NCBI RefSeq assembly: GCF_004010195.1
Contig: NC_057718.1
Coordinates: 56,336,984-56,356,983 of the forward strand
Direction: 5' to 3'
Source of the DNA: Chiloscyllium plagiosum
Lineage: Eukaryota
DNA: 20,000 nt
Shown: positions 1-10,530 of the stretch, piece by piece
Layout of the letters: every line of letters begins with the position of its first letter
How positions within the stretch are numbered: position 1 is the stretch's first letter
Notes under the pieces: generated by a model
Told to the model about the DNA's origin: nothing
Database searches by the model: none
The model's input: only the letters and a program-made list of their open reading frames with translations
Position numbers and translations under genes: made by a program

Positions 1-375
1 CATCATTAATTTTAGTTACCTGTTCCTTTTCTACCATAATTGTAAGAATTCTTACAATCTGTTTTTATATTCCTGATTAGTTAACAGCAACAAAAAACTT
101 TTGGAATATAGGCAGTATAATAATGTAGCATAAAATATTAATACCAAAGGCCTGCGTGCACCACCGTCTGGAAGTGATTCTGTTAGTATTATTCTTGAGA
201 TTCTTGTCCTTATCTTTTGTTGTAACTATTGAAACTTTCTTTGTAGGAAACCAACTTTATTTCTTTTTGGGTCCAACTCAAATCATACCTGCTTCTTTCT
301 CCTTTCAAAACCTTATGTTAATAATGTCCTTTATTAATATAGGAAAATTCTAAGCCTTAGAATTCAGTCAAGAAA

Positions 376-687
376 ATTAGATTCCCTACAGTGTGGAAAT
401 AGGCCCTTCGGCCCAACAAGTCCACACCAATCCTCCGAAGAGTAATCCACCCAGACCCACTTCCCTCTGACTAATGCACCTGACACTATGGACAATTTAG
501 TATGGCCAATTCACCTAACCTGCACATCTTTGGACTGTGGGAGGACACTGGAGCACCTGGAGGAAACCCTCGCAGACATGGGGAGAATGTGCAAACTCCA
601 CATAGACAGTCGCCCAAGGCAGTAATTGAACCCGGGCCCCTGGCACTGTGAGGCAGCAGTGCTAACCACTGAGCCACCATGCCGCCC
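376..687 (-). mobile_element. Full-length tRNA-derived SINE, HE1/V-SINE type
   Basis: The minus strand begins GGGCGGCATGGTGGCTCAGTGG (A box) and has GGTTCAAT (B box), a central V-domain-like TGTGGAGTTTGCACATTCTCCCC...GGGTTTCCTCC, and a CR1-like tail GGGCCGAAGGGCCTATTTCCACACTGTAGGGAATCTA. Confidence 0.85.
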
Positions 688-754
688 TATGCTGAAAAGA
701 AATGGTAACTTAATTGCTCATATTAGACATCAACAAAATATTATTTTTGAATAC

Positions 755-956
755 CTGAGTTTGAGTTGCTTATTCACCATGTCCAGTACTTCCCATTGTT
801 GCATTTTCTGATTAATATCTTGGATTATGTTAGTTTTGATCTGGATTGGCACATATTTAGTTTCTTTTGCAAATTCTAGGCTCTTGAGTTTCTTTTCCAG
901 GTTCCTTAGGTGCTTACATAGATCCTCGACATTTATAGATTCCTGCAATGTCAGAC
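755..956 (-). CDS. CLHC1: CLHC1 coding exon 4 (202 nt); gene continues beyond window start
   Basis: Acceptor tttctgtaatAG|GT completes G+GT (Gly). Translates GLTLQESINVEDLCKHLRNLEKK...KYVPIQIK...NKQLKL, resembling CLHC1 [23 protein letters not shown]...KYVP. Donor AG|GTATTC, phase 2. Confidence 0.9.
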
Positions 957-1633
957 CTATTACAGAAACAGTGCAAAAGAAAATACAGCTCAAAGCACTG
1001 TACTGCAGCTGCTTCCTGTTTACATTAAAAAGTCCTGCCTACAGAATGCATAGCCAATAATTGTTCCATTTATGGTTGGAAGGACTTAGATGATAATTAA
1101 ATTGATATCTTGATTTGCTCTAAATATTGTTACTGCAGCATATTGATATTTGGTTTGGCATTTCTAAACTGCAGATTTCTAACAATACAAACAAATTATG
1201 CCGTTTAAACTAAACTGTGGGAAGCTGTGGTAGTCCCGCAATTCTGTGGTCACAAGCAGCACAGACTATAATCAGGACTAGCAGCAAATGTCCAATTCTT
1301 CAGGTTCTGACTCTTTCAAACTAGACCACTGCAATATGGAAATAACAAGCAAAAATTCCTCACAAGATGGCACAGAAAATTAAAGGGACAATCGCTCTTG
1401 TACATCTCCAAGCTATCCTTTCCTGTCATTTGTAAGGTCCTGGAACCAGGCTGTCATCTTGGTTATGGCTGATGTAAGGTTTGAGGGATTCAAACAAGAA
1501 TAATGGAATAATATAATTCAATAACCTTTTAAATACAAGAATTTTTGGAAAGTGAGCACTTATCCTATATTAAACATTTAAGACATAACAAAGACTAAAA
1601 AGATACTTCAAAATGTTTAGACAAATTTCAGAC

Positions 1634-1773
1634 CTGGAATACATGTAATATGGAAGACATCTTCCTGTGGCGGTAAAGTCTGCTTCGTTTGCTCCTTTTG
1701 AACATCTCTTGATTTTTTTACTGCCTGCAAGTGAGCTTCTAATTCAGCTGTATTTTGTTTAATGAGATCAATT
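1634..1773 (-). CDS. CLHC1: CLHC1 coding exon 3 (140 nt)
   Basis: Acceptor ttcttttaacAG|A completes AA+A (Lys). Translates IDLIKQNTAELEAHLQAVKKSR...CIP. Donor CCAG|GTCTGA, phase 1. Phases fit both neighbouring exons, and it ends in the conserved IPG motif. Confidence 0.85.
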
Positions 1774-2360
1774 CTGTTAAAAGAATGTCCATTATTTAAC
1801 AAAATAAGAAAGAACTTACATTTATACAGATTTTATATTCACCTCAGGTGAACAAAAAGTGCTTTGCAAGCCACAAAAAGCTTATTTTTTATGAGGATGA
1901 GTGAAGAATTCTTAATACAATTTTTACTTGCCACAATTCTCAAATAACCATTTTTTTCTTGGCGTGATTTTCTATCAGGTCCCTCCAAAGGTCACGCTTC
2001 AGCTAAGAGGTGGGCATACAAAATTTATCTTCTAATTATTCCACCTTTTTCAAGTGTGTTGCACTGCTAGTTGCGAAAACAATCACAGAGGAAAATCAGA
2101 GGTTGATTTTCCTCTATCTACTAAAGTCCAGCATATAAACAATTTTGTGAAGTTTGGAGCATGGAATCGTAACACCTTTTAGGGAAGTAATTTTTCTCAT
2201 CTTAAATGGGCAATCCTTTATTCTGAAACATTGCCCCTTTCTCTAAATACACTCCATGAGGGAAAACATCCTCTTAGCATCTACTTTGTCAAGCCACTTC
2301 AGAATCTTTTATTTTTCAATAAAGTCAGATCTCATTCTTCGAAACGGAAATGGGTATAAG

Positions 2361-3996
2361 TCTAGATTAGAATGGTGCTGGAAAAGTACAGCAGGCCAGG
2401 CAGCATCCGAAGAGCAGGAAATCGACGTTTCAGGCAAAAGACGTTTCAGGCAAAAGCCCTTCATCAGGAATGAGGCAGGGAGTGTCCGGGGTGGAGAGAT
2501 AAATGGGATGGGGGTGGCTGGGGAGAAGGTAGCCAAGAGTACAATAGGTGGATGGAAGTGGGGATGAAGGTGATAGGTTGGAGAGGAGGGTGGTGTGGAT
2601 ATGTGGGAAGGAAGATTGGCAGGTAGGACAGGTCAAGAGGATGGTGTTGAGCTGGCAGGTTGGAACTGGCGTAAGGTGGGGGGAGGGGAAATGAGGAAAC
2701 AGGTAAAGTCCCCACTGATGCCCTGGGGTTGAAGTGTACGGAGACGGAAGATTAGGCATTCTTCTTCCAGGCGTTGAGTGGTGAGGGTGTGGCGGTGGAG
2801 GAGGCCCAGGACTTGCATGTCCTCGGCAGAGTGGGAGGAGGAGTTGAAATGTTCAGCCATGGGGCGGTGGGGTTGATTGGTGCAGGTGCCCTAGAGATGT
2901 TCCCTAAAGCGCTCTGCGATAAGGCATCCAGTCTCCCCAATGCAAAGGAGACTGCATCGGGAGCAACGGATACAATAAATGACATTGGTGGATGTGCAGA
3001 TGAAACTTTGATGGATGTGGAAGGCTCCTTTGAGGCCTCGGATGGAGATGAGGGGAGAGGTATGGGTGCAGGGTTTGCAATTCCTGCGGTGGCAGGGGAA
3101 GATGCCAGGATGGAGGGTGGGTTGTTGAGGGGCTTGGACCTGACCAGGATTTCATGGGAACGGTCTTTGTGGAAAGCGGAAAGGGGTGGGGAGGGAAACA
3201 TATCCCTGGTGGTTGGGTCCGTTTGGAGGTGGCGGTAATGTCGGCGGATGATGCAATTTATGCGGCGGATGATAGGGTGGAAGGTGAGAATAGTAGGTTC
3301 TGTCCTTGTTACGGTTGGAGGGATGGGGTTTGAGGGCGGAGGTACGGGACATGGATGAGATGTGTTGGAGGGCATCTTCAACCACATGAGAAGGGAAATT
3401 AAGGTCTTTAAGAGGAGGCCATCTGGTGTGTTCTATGGAGGAACTAGTCCTCCTGGGAGCAGATACAGCAGAGGCAGAGGAATTGGGAATATGGGATGGT
3501 ATTTTTGCAGGAGATAGGGTGTGAAGAGCTGTGGGAGTCGGTGGGTTTGTAAAAAATGTCAGTGTTACATCGGTTGTCATTGATGGAGATGGAGAGGTCC
3601 AGGAAGGGGAGGGAGGTGTCAGAGATGGTCCAGGTGATTTTAAGGTCGGGGTGGAATGTGTTGAAGTTGATGAACTGCTCAACCTCCTCGCGGGAGCATG
3701 AGGTAACGCCGATGCAGTCATCAATGTAGCAGAGGAAGAGGTGGGGAATGGTGCCGGAAGATGGACTGTTCTACGTAGCCAACAAAGAGACAGGCATAGC
3801 TGGGACCCATGCGGGTGCCCATGGCTACCCCTTTTGTCTGGAGGAAGTGGGAGGATTCAAAGGAGAAATTGTTAAGGGTGAGGACCAGTTCAGCCAAACG
3901 AATGGGAGTGTCAGTGGAAAGGTACTGGTGGGGACATTGGGAGAGGAAGAAATGGAGGGCTTGGAGGCCCTGGTCATGGTGGATGGAAGTGTAGAG
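2361..3996 (-). mobile_element. 5'-truncated Penelope-like retroelement (probably Neptune clade), copy A: degenerate RT + GIY-YIG endonuclease + pLTR
   Basis: The minus strand has KGVAMGT, RYIDD (3717-3728), FLDL, a Cys-rich linker CHRRNCKPC (about 3065-3095), a GIY-YIG-like NVIYCIRCSRCSLLCIGETG (about 2930-2985) and AEHFN...H...RLEEECLIFRLRTLQPQG, with frameshifts. Flanked by a 15-bp direct repeat GGAAATGGGTATAAG (2346-2360, 3997-4011). Confidence 0.9.
2424..2467 (-). ncRNA. Hammerhead ribozyme motif with internal 16-nt duplication
   Basis: Minus strand CTGATGA-A-GGGC-TTTT-GCCT-GAAACGT-CTTTTGCCTGAA-ACGTC-GATT. Confidence 0.6.
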
Positions 3997-4558
3997 GGAA
4001 ATGGGTATAAGCCCAACTGCAACCTTTTTCCATAAGTAAACTTCTTCTTGCTAAGAATCCTTCACATATCTCCAAAGTGACTCTCCACTTTATTGAATAT
4101 CTTTTCAACTGGAAGTTGAGCAATCAGCTGGTTGCTTAGGATATGGGATAGCTACATAAAATTTGGAAAGAGACACATTTCAGAAACCCGAGAAAAGAGA
4201 CATGAAAAGAAAACCATATTGGCATGCATAACTTCCTATAAATACTTTTGTATTGTACATAGAACTATGTAATTTGAATGCTTTCAAAATTGTTAACATT
4301 GATTAGGTATTTACATGTTCCATTTGTGAAATTAGATCTGATGTCACAGCTTCCATTGATAATTAGCTTTTACACAATCTTCTGTTAAAACAATATAAGT
4401 AAGCCTCTACCTATGGATGCTCAAACCAATAGGTATTGGTTTGAGCATCCAAGATCAGCCTGCTTGGTTGATCTTTTTCTACAACTGAAAACCTGCAAAT
4501 ACAAGGAGACATCCATGTGCAAACTCAACACTTACTGCAAAAACATGATTGCGTTACT

Positions 4559-4792
4559 TGAAATAACTCTTCAAAGTCTGGCATCCCATCACTAATCATG
4601 CTTTATTTACAAATGCATAGCCTTTGAGTATGGCACTGCCTCACCTTGAGTCAGACATTAAGTGGACCCAATATCCCTGATATTCACCCTTTTATGTCAA
4701 CCAAATTTCCCTGATTGGACCAGATTAACAGCCCCAATCAAAGAATTCATACTCTAAGGTCCAGCTGGCTGACCTTGTTACAATCACTAACC
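4559..4792 (-). mobile_element. Degenerate solo LTR (Gypsy-like), about 230 bp
   Basis: The minus strand reads TAGTGATTGTAACAAGGTCAGCC...two opposed CCAAT boxes...AATAAA (4607-4602)...GAGTTATTTCA. The layout is that of a short LTR and resembles a repeat I recall from shark genomes. One terminus is decayed and there is no clean TSD. Confidence 0.5.
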
Positions 4793-5123
4793 ACTAAATA
4801 TTATCATTCATCTGTGAAACAAAAGCAAAAAAAAGCTGCAAAATAGACTGAAAATGCTCTTAGTTATCATTAAACAGGATTCTGAAATGTACTTATTTTT
4901 CAATGCCAAGCAACTCTGAATATCCAATTTCAATATTGAGAACCACAAATTAGTGTTGTGGAGTCAGAATATTGAGAGATTAAGAACTGGATTTTACACT
5001 GAGGCCAGCTTCTTGCATCCCAAAATAAATTTTAGCGGCAAGTTACTTCGAATTGGTTGGCTTGTTGTGCTTTATCAAGTAACAATCCATTAATTAGTAT
5101 GAGGTAGATCATCTGTCCATATC

Positions 5124-5458
5124 TGGATTAGAATGGTGCTAGAAAAGCACAGCAGGTCAGGCAGCATCCAATGAGCAGGAAAATCGACATTTTGGGCAAA
5201 AGCCCTTCATCAGGAAGACAGACAGAGTGCCTGCAGGGTGGAGAGATAAATGAGAGGAGGGTGGGGATGGGGAGAAAGTAGCATTGAGTATAATAGGTGA
5301 ATGAGGGTGGGGATGAAGGTGATAGGTCAGAGAGGAGGGTAGAGTGGATAGGTGGAAAGTAAGATAGGCAGGTAGGACAAGTCATGGGGACAGTGCTGAG
5401 TTGGGAGTTCGGAGCTGGGGTAAGGGGAAATGAGGAAACTGGTGAAGTCCACATTGAT
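5124..5458 (-). mobile_element. Inverted pLTR (copy B) forming the left end of the 5124-7185 Penelope-like insertion
   Basis: Collinear with copy A 2361-2719 and reverse-complementary to 7019-7150. Confidence 0.88.
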
Positions 5459-6130
5459 TCACAAGCCTGATCACCCTGGCCGACCCATTGTCTCAGCATG
5501 CTCCTGCCCCACCAAAATCATCTCTACCTACCTCGACACTGTCCTATCCCCCCTCGTACAGGAACTCCCCACATATGTTTGAGACACCACCCATGCCCTC
5601 CACCTCCTCCAAGACTTCCATTTCCCCGGTCCCCAACGCCTCATCTTCACCATGGATATCCAATCCCTCTACACCTCCATCTGCCATGACCAGAGCCTCC
5701 AAGCCCTCCGTTTCTTCCTCTCCCGACGTCCCCAACAGTACCCTTCCACCGGCACTCTCATTCGTTTGGATGAACTGGTCCTCACCCTTAATAATTTCTC
5801 CCTCAAATCCTCCTACTTCCTCCGGACCAAAGGGGTAGCCATGGGCACACATAGGGGCCTCAGCTATGCCTGTCTCTTTGTTCGCTACGTAGAACAGTCC
5901 ATCTTCCGTAGTTACACCGGCACCACTCCTCACCTCTTCCTCCGCTACATTAATGACTGCATTGGCGCCACCTTGTGCTCCCGCGAGGTGTTTGAGCAAT
6001 TCATCAACTTCACCAACACATTCCACCCTGACCTTAAATTTACCTGGACCATCTCTGACACCTTCCTCCCCTTTCTGGACCTCTCCATCTCCATTAATGA
6101 CAACCGCCTTGACACCAACATTTTTTACAA

Positions 6131-7018
6131 NNNNNNNNNNNNNNNNNNNNNNNNNNNNNNNNNNNNNNNNNNNNNNNNNNNNNNNNNNNNNNNNNNNNNN
6201 NNNNNNNNNNNNNNNNNNNNNNNNNNNNNNNNNNNNNNNNNNNNNNNNNNNNNNNNNNNNNNNNNNNNNNNNNNNNNNNNNNNNNNNNNNNNNNNNNNNN
6301 NNNNNNNNNNNNNNNNNNNNNNNNNNNNNNNNNNNNNNNNNNNNNNNNNNNNNNNNNNNNNNNNNNNNNNNNNNNNNNNNNNNNNNNNNNNNNNNNNNNN
6401 NNNNNNNNNNNNNNNNNNNNNNNNNNNNNNNNNNNNNNNNNNNNNNNNNNNNNNNNNNNNNNNNNNNNNNNNNNNNNNNNNNNNNNNNNNNNNNNNNNNN
6501 NNNNNNNNNNNNNNNNNNNNNNNNNNNNNNNNNNNNNNNNNNNNNNNNNNNNNNNNNNNNNNNNNNNNNNNNNNNNNNNNNNNNNNNNNNNNNNNNNNNN
6601 NNNNNNNNNNNNNNNNNNNNNNNNNNNNNNNNNNNNNNNNNNNNNNNNNNNNNNNNNNNNNNNNNNNNNNNNNNNNNNNNNNNNNNNNNNNNNNNNNNNN
6701 NNNNNNNNNNNNNNNNNNNNNNNNNNNNNNNNNNNNNNNNNNNNNNNNNNNNNNNNNNNNNNNNNNNNNNNNNNNNNNNNNNNNNNNNNNNNNNNNNNNN
6801 NNNNNNNNNNNNNNNNNNNNNNNNNNNNNNNNNNNNNNNNNNNNNNNNNNNNNNNNNNNNNNNNNNNNNNNNNNNNNNNNNNNNNNNNNNNNNNNNNNNN
6901 NNNNNNNNNNNNNNNNNNNNNNNNNNNNNNNNNNNNNNNNNNNNNNNNNNNNNNNNNNNNNNNNNNNNNNNNNNNNNNNNNNNNNNNNNNNNNNNNNNNN
7001 NNNNNNNNNNNNNNNNNC
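6131..7018. other. Assembly gap (888 N)
   Basis: Run of N. Both flanks are Penelope sequence in the same orientation. Confidence 1.
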
Positions 7019-7058
7019 CCACTTATCTCTCCACCCTGCAGGCACTCTGCCTCTATTC

Positions 7059-7086
7059 CTGATGAAGGGCTTTTGCCCGAAACGTC
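7059..7086 (+). ncRNA. Minimal type I hammerhead ribozyme motif in Penelope pLTR (best-preserved copy)
   Basis: CTGATGA-A-GGGC-TTTT-GCCC-GAAA-C-GTC: conserved CUGANGA and GAAA boxes, 4-bp helix II, loop-less palindromic helix III (ACGT) and GUC triplet. Activity not shown. Confidence 0.7.
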
Positions 7087-8706
7087 AATTTTCCTGCTCC
7101 TCGGATGCTGCCTGACCTGCTGTGCTTTTCCAGCACCACTCTAATCTAGAATCTGGTTTCCAGCATCTGCAGCCCTTGTTTTAACCATCTGTCCATATCC
7201 ACAAGACTATTCTGTCTCAAAGTTGTTAGTGGAGGCTACCATTGGTGTGAAAGGTAGACCAAGGAGATATGCCAATATGTCGCTGGAACCAGGCTGCCAG
7301 ACCCCATGACATGGAAGTAGAGGGCATGTTGGACATGGGGAGACAAAACTGCGAGTGGGGGCTTCCAATTGACACACTAGGGCAGTTGTAACAAGCAGCC
7401 ATTTCACTGATCAGCAACTGTAAAGTTAAACCTGCCAGGCAACATTGGGCACAGATTCCGCCTAACTGCCTATTAAACAGAACAGCAACTTCTTTACACC
7501 ATTGGGCTGAAGTATTTTGTTTACTTTGACAGATTTATGAACACCTAAGAGGATTGTGTATTTTTAAGTAGATTTTGAAGCAGATGGTTCATGTTTACAA
7601 AATTGTGAGGTGTTCATGTTATTATAGAGCTTACAAGTTTTATCTATATAGTGGATACTAGGGAACATTTAGTATGAGGAGGTGACCAGCACTTTAGGGA
7701 GGGTTGGAGTGGTGAGACGGAAATGGAAGCTGGCAGGCCTGACTCCAGCCAATTCTTGACATTCCGTCATGAAAATAGCTTTGGCAGGCACTACTGGATA
7801 GGAGGTGGAATTGTGACTCTCATGACTGTCAATTCTTGCCTCTAAGATGATTGGTCTTTGGACTCAGTTAAAGGGTTAGGATTGGGCCTGACTGTTTCCT
7901 CTAACACTAAAGCTTTCATGGTTTGTGGGGTTAGTTCGGGAACACTCCATCAGCATGAGGCAGTCAAGCATATTGCACCCTCTGTTTGCATATTTTACAT
8001 CCAACGGTGGTACCTAATATGAACTCCAGCATTGGCTATCATAGTAGGATCCCATAGACCACATTCCAACAGCACAACAGTTCTGTCAGCACCTGAATAA
8101 TACTGATCTGATTTTTAAAAAATATGTATACTTCTTTAGGGTCCAGACTGTTATGGTAGCTTAGACTCATCCAAGAAGTTCACATAGGGAGGCCAGTACA
8201 CCTGTCAGCACTACAACACTGGGTCCTGTCTGAAGCTCTTGAATGGAATTTCCAGGCTAGGAAGGTTTCATTCCCTCTGTATGCCATTTGCCTTACAAAA
8301 GACAAGTAGTTTCACCACTCACTAGGCTCATTAAATCTGTGAAATGGCTAAATCTTAGTGCAATCAGGTATTTATCTTTCCTGTACGTTCTATGTGATCT
8401 CCATCAGAGATACAGCAGGACCTGGTAAAATCCACATGTAATTTCAAGACTGTAGCATTTCTATATTTTCTGCTTATGTTTTGTAATTAGTAACGTATTA
8501 CTTGAAAGCTTTAGAAGTATTACAATTGTTCACAAATTGACCATACTATATTATTTTTAAATGTCTTTTCTAGTTGTCCCAAGTATTAAGGAAGAGTAAT
8601 CAAACACTATATGATTGGAATTCCTAATTTGTTTGGAACATCAAATAATTCTCACAAGATGATTTATGAGCTATGAAAAGATCTCTGCTAAGGATTCTTT
8701 TCCTAC

Positions 8707-8894
8707 TTGTTTTGAAGCTGTATGGCTCTTTTTTTGTAAGCCACGTAAGTCATTGGTTCAAAGGCCATAGATTTCAGCTTTCTCCGTAGAAACAGAGAAT
8801 CTTCTTTCCCTTTATGTAAAACATTGATACTTTCTTCATACTCTTGTTTGATGGATGTGAGGATATTTTTGTATGCTGTTGCATTTTCAATGAC
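8707..8894 (-). CDS. CLHC1: CLHC1 coding exon 2 (188 nt)
   Basis: Acceptor tttcatttcacAG|GTC (phase 0). Translates VIENATAYKNILTSIKQEYEESI...KLKSMAFEPMTYVAYKKRAIQLQN, resembling CLHC1 VIEHITAYKSILTSIKKEY...RTIQLEAK. Donor AA|GTAGGA, phase 2. Confidence 0.92.
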
Positions 8895-9353
8895 CTGTGA
8901 AATGAAACAAATACGTACATAACACACTTGAACACATGTTCATGTATCTACACATATTCTTCGTTTTTTGTTTTAAATTGATTGTATGACCAATGTTTCT
9001 GTAATTATGTTTCTCCATTTGATATGGGGTAGAGTTTCCACTTTAAGCTGAAATCTTAATGCAAATTGTTTCCCTTATGTTTCTCTTCCTCACCCCAACA
9101 CACCTCCAACTCTTCTCAAACTTACTTGTATTACATAAAATGCAAAATCTGCCACAAATCAGTGCTGTTTATTATTTTAAAATAATGTCTTCAATAAAAT
9201 TTTGCTTAAAAATGATATATTTAATATTGGTAACTTGGTAACATTTACTTTCTAGTTCTGTGAATTTATCATTAAAAAAGTGTAATATCAACCCATCTAC
9301 TTAGTAACCCAATTATAAACTGCTTAAGTTTCCTGCTCACTTCACTTTTTTTT

Positions 9354-9779
9354 CCACCACCAAATCGTTACCACCCGAAGCCTGGAGAAGGAATGCCTCA
9401 TATTTTGCCTTGGGACCCTGCAACCACACAGGATAAATGTGGATTTCAACAGCTTCTTCATTTCCCCTCCGCCTCAAATTATTCCCAGTCCCAAGCCTCC
9501 AACTCGGCACCACCTTCCGGACCTGTGCATCACTGTCCCCTCTGACCTATCACCTTCTCCCTCACCTTCATCCCCCTATCGCTATCCCAGCTACCTCCCC
9601 CCAACCCCAACCCCCTCCCATTTATCTTTCAGCCCCAACCCACAAGCCTCATTCCTGAAGAAGGGCTTATGCCTGAAACGTTGATTGTCCTGCTTCCTGG
9701 ATGCTGCCTGACCTGCTGTGCTTTTCCAGCACCACACTCTCGACTCTGATCTCCAGCACCTGCAGTCCTCAATTTCTCC
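9354..9779 (+). mobile_element. Penelope-like 3' fragment (copy D, second subfamily)
   Basis: Encodes the endonuclease C-terminus (RSLEKECLIFCLGTLQPHRINVDFNSF), followed by a C-rich UTR, the hammerhead motif and the tail CTCCAGCACCTGCAGTCCTCAATTTCTCC. Homologous to copies A-C, with a tail like copy F. Confidence 0.85.
9655..9682 (+). ncRNA. Minimal hammerhead motif (CUGAAGA variant)
   Basis: CTGAAGA-A-GGGC-TTAT-GCCT-GAAA-C-GTT. Confidence 0.55.
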
Positions 9780-9780
9780 G

Positions 9781-9933
9781 GGTTTTTCCAACAATCAACA
9801 ATGTTTCATTGTTATCATTAGACTCTTAATTCCAGAATTTCTTTTGTATTGATTTCAAATTCTTCAACCTGAACATTCCCTGGGTCTCTGGATTAACAGT
9901 CCACTGATAATACCATTAGCCCATCGCCTCCCC
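9781..9933 (-). mobile_element. Truncated tRNA-derived SINE (second family; B-box region apparently deleted)
   Basis: The minus strand starts GGGGAGGCGATGGGCTAATGGTATTATCAGTGGACTGTTAATCCAGAG, a tRNA-like head with A box and anticodon-arm-like segment. It is cut off at Penelope copy D. Confidence 0.55.
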
Positions 9934-10530
9934 AGTTCAGTGATAGTAGCAGCTTTGAATAGTTAAATTATCTCTTGTTGGTGATGGTCATTGCCTGGAC
10001 TTGTGTGGCACAAACATCACTTGCCACTTCTCAATCCAAGCCTTGACAGTGTCCAGCTCTTGCTGCATTAGGATATGGACTACTTCATTGTCTGAGGAGT
10101 CAGAGTGCTGTTGAACATTGTGTAATCATCAGTGAACATTCCTTCTTCCAACCTGATGAAGTAGCTGAAGACTGTTGGAACAAGAACCATGTTCTTTTGT
10201 GCCATGTATAACTGAACTTGTGGAGAGTTTTCTCCCTGATTCTCATTGACTGTAATTTTGCTAGGGCTCTTTGATGCCACACTTGGTCAAGTGTGGCCTT
10301 GATGTCCCCTCAGTTCTGGAATTCAACTCTTTTGTCCATGTTTGAATGATGGTTTGCAATGACATCAGGAACTGAGTGGCCATAGTGCAACCCAAACTAA
10401 GCATCAGTGAGCAGGAAATTGCTAAGCAAGTGCAGCTTGATAGCATTATTGAGGACGTAATTGATTACTTTATGATCGTAAGTTGACTATTGGGATATTA
10501 ATTGGCCAGATTGGAGTTGTCCTGCTTATA

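Larger units (their letters stand above)
2195..4060 (-). mobile_element. Old CR1-type LINE 3' fragment, split by the Penelope insertion (2195-2360 and 3997-4060)
   Basis: Removing 2361-3996 and one TSD copy rejoins the flanks as ...ctcattcttcgaaacggaaatgggtataagcccaactgcaaccttttt..., resembling the reverse strand of a degenerate CR1 ORF2 end. Boundaries are approximate. Confidence 0.55.
5456..7185 (+). mobile_element. Penelope-like element body (copy C): RT fragment, assembly gap, 3' pLTR with tail
   Basis: IHKPDHPGRPIVS at about 5457. ORF from 5652: MDIQSLYT...GVAMGT...LRYIND (catalytic YIDD mutated, 5946-5957)...FLDL. The 3' end is at 7019-7185. A 14-bp direct repeat CATCTGTCCATATC lies at 5110-5123 and 7186-7199. 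Confidence 0.9.

Noticed and set aside
20..360. Possible further CLHC1 exon (minus-strand donor-like sites CAG|GTAACT near 20 and CAG|GTATGA near 289)
   Set aside because: The translations do not resemble the expected next CLHC1 segment, so I cannot support an exon.
620..687. tRNA gene
   Set aside because: The A and B boxes belong to the SINE head; there is no complete cloverleaf.
2256..4035. Cluster of overlapping Pro/Ser- or Gly-rich ORFs
   Set aside because: Alternative or antisense frames of the C-rich Penelope element; not host genes.
5544..7115. Long ORFs of 306-492 aa in the ORF track
   Set aside because: Artefacts of reading through the 888-N gap. Only 5652-6130 is real, and it is a Penelope RT fragment with a mutated YIDD.
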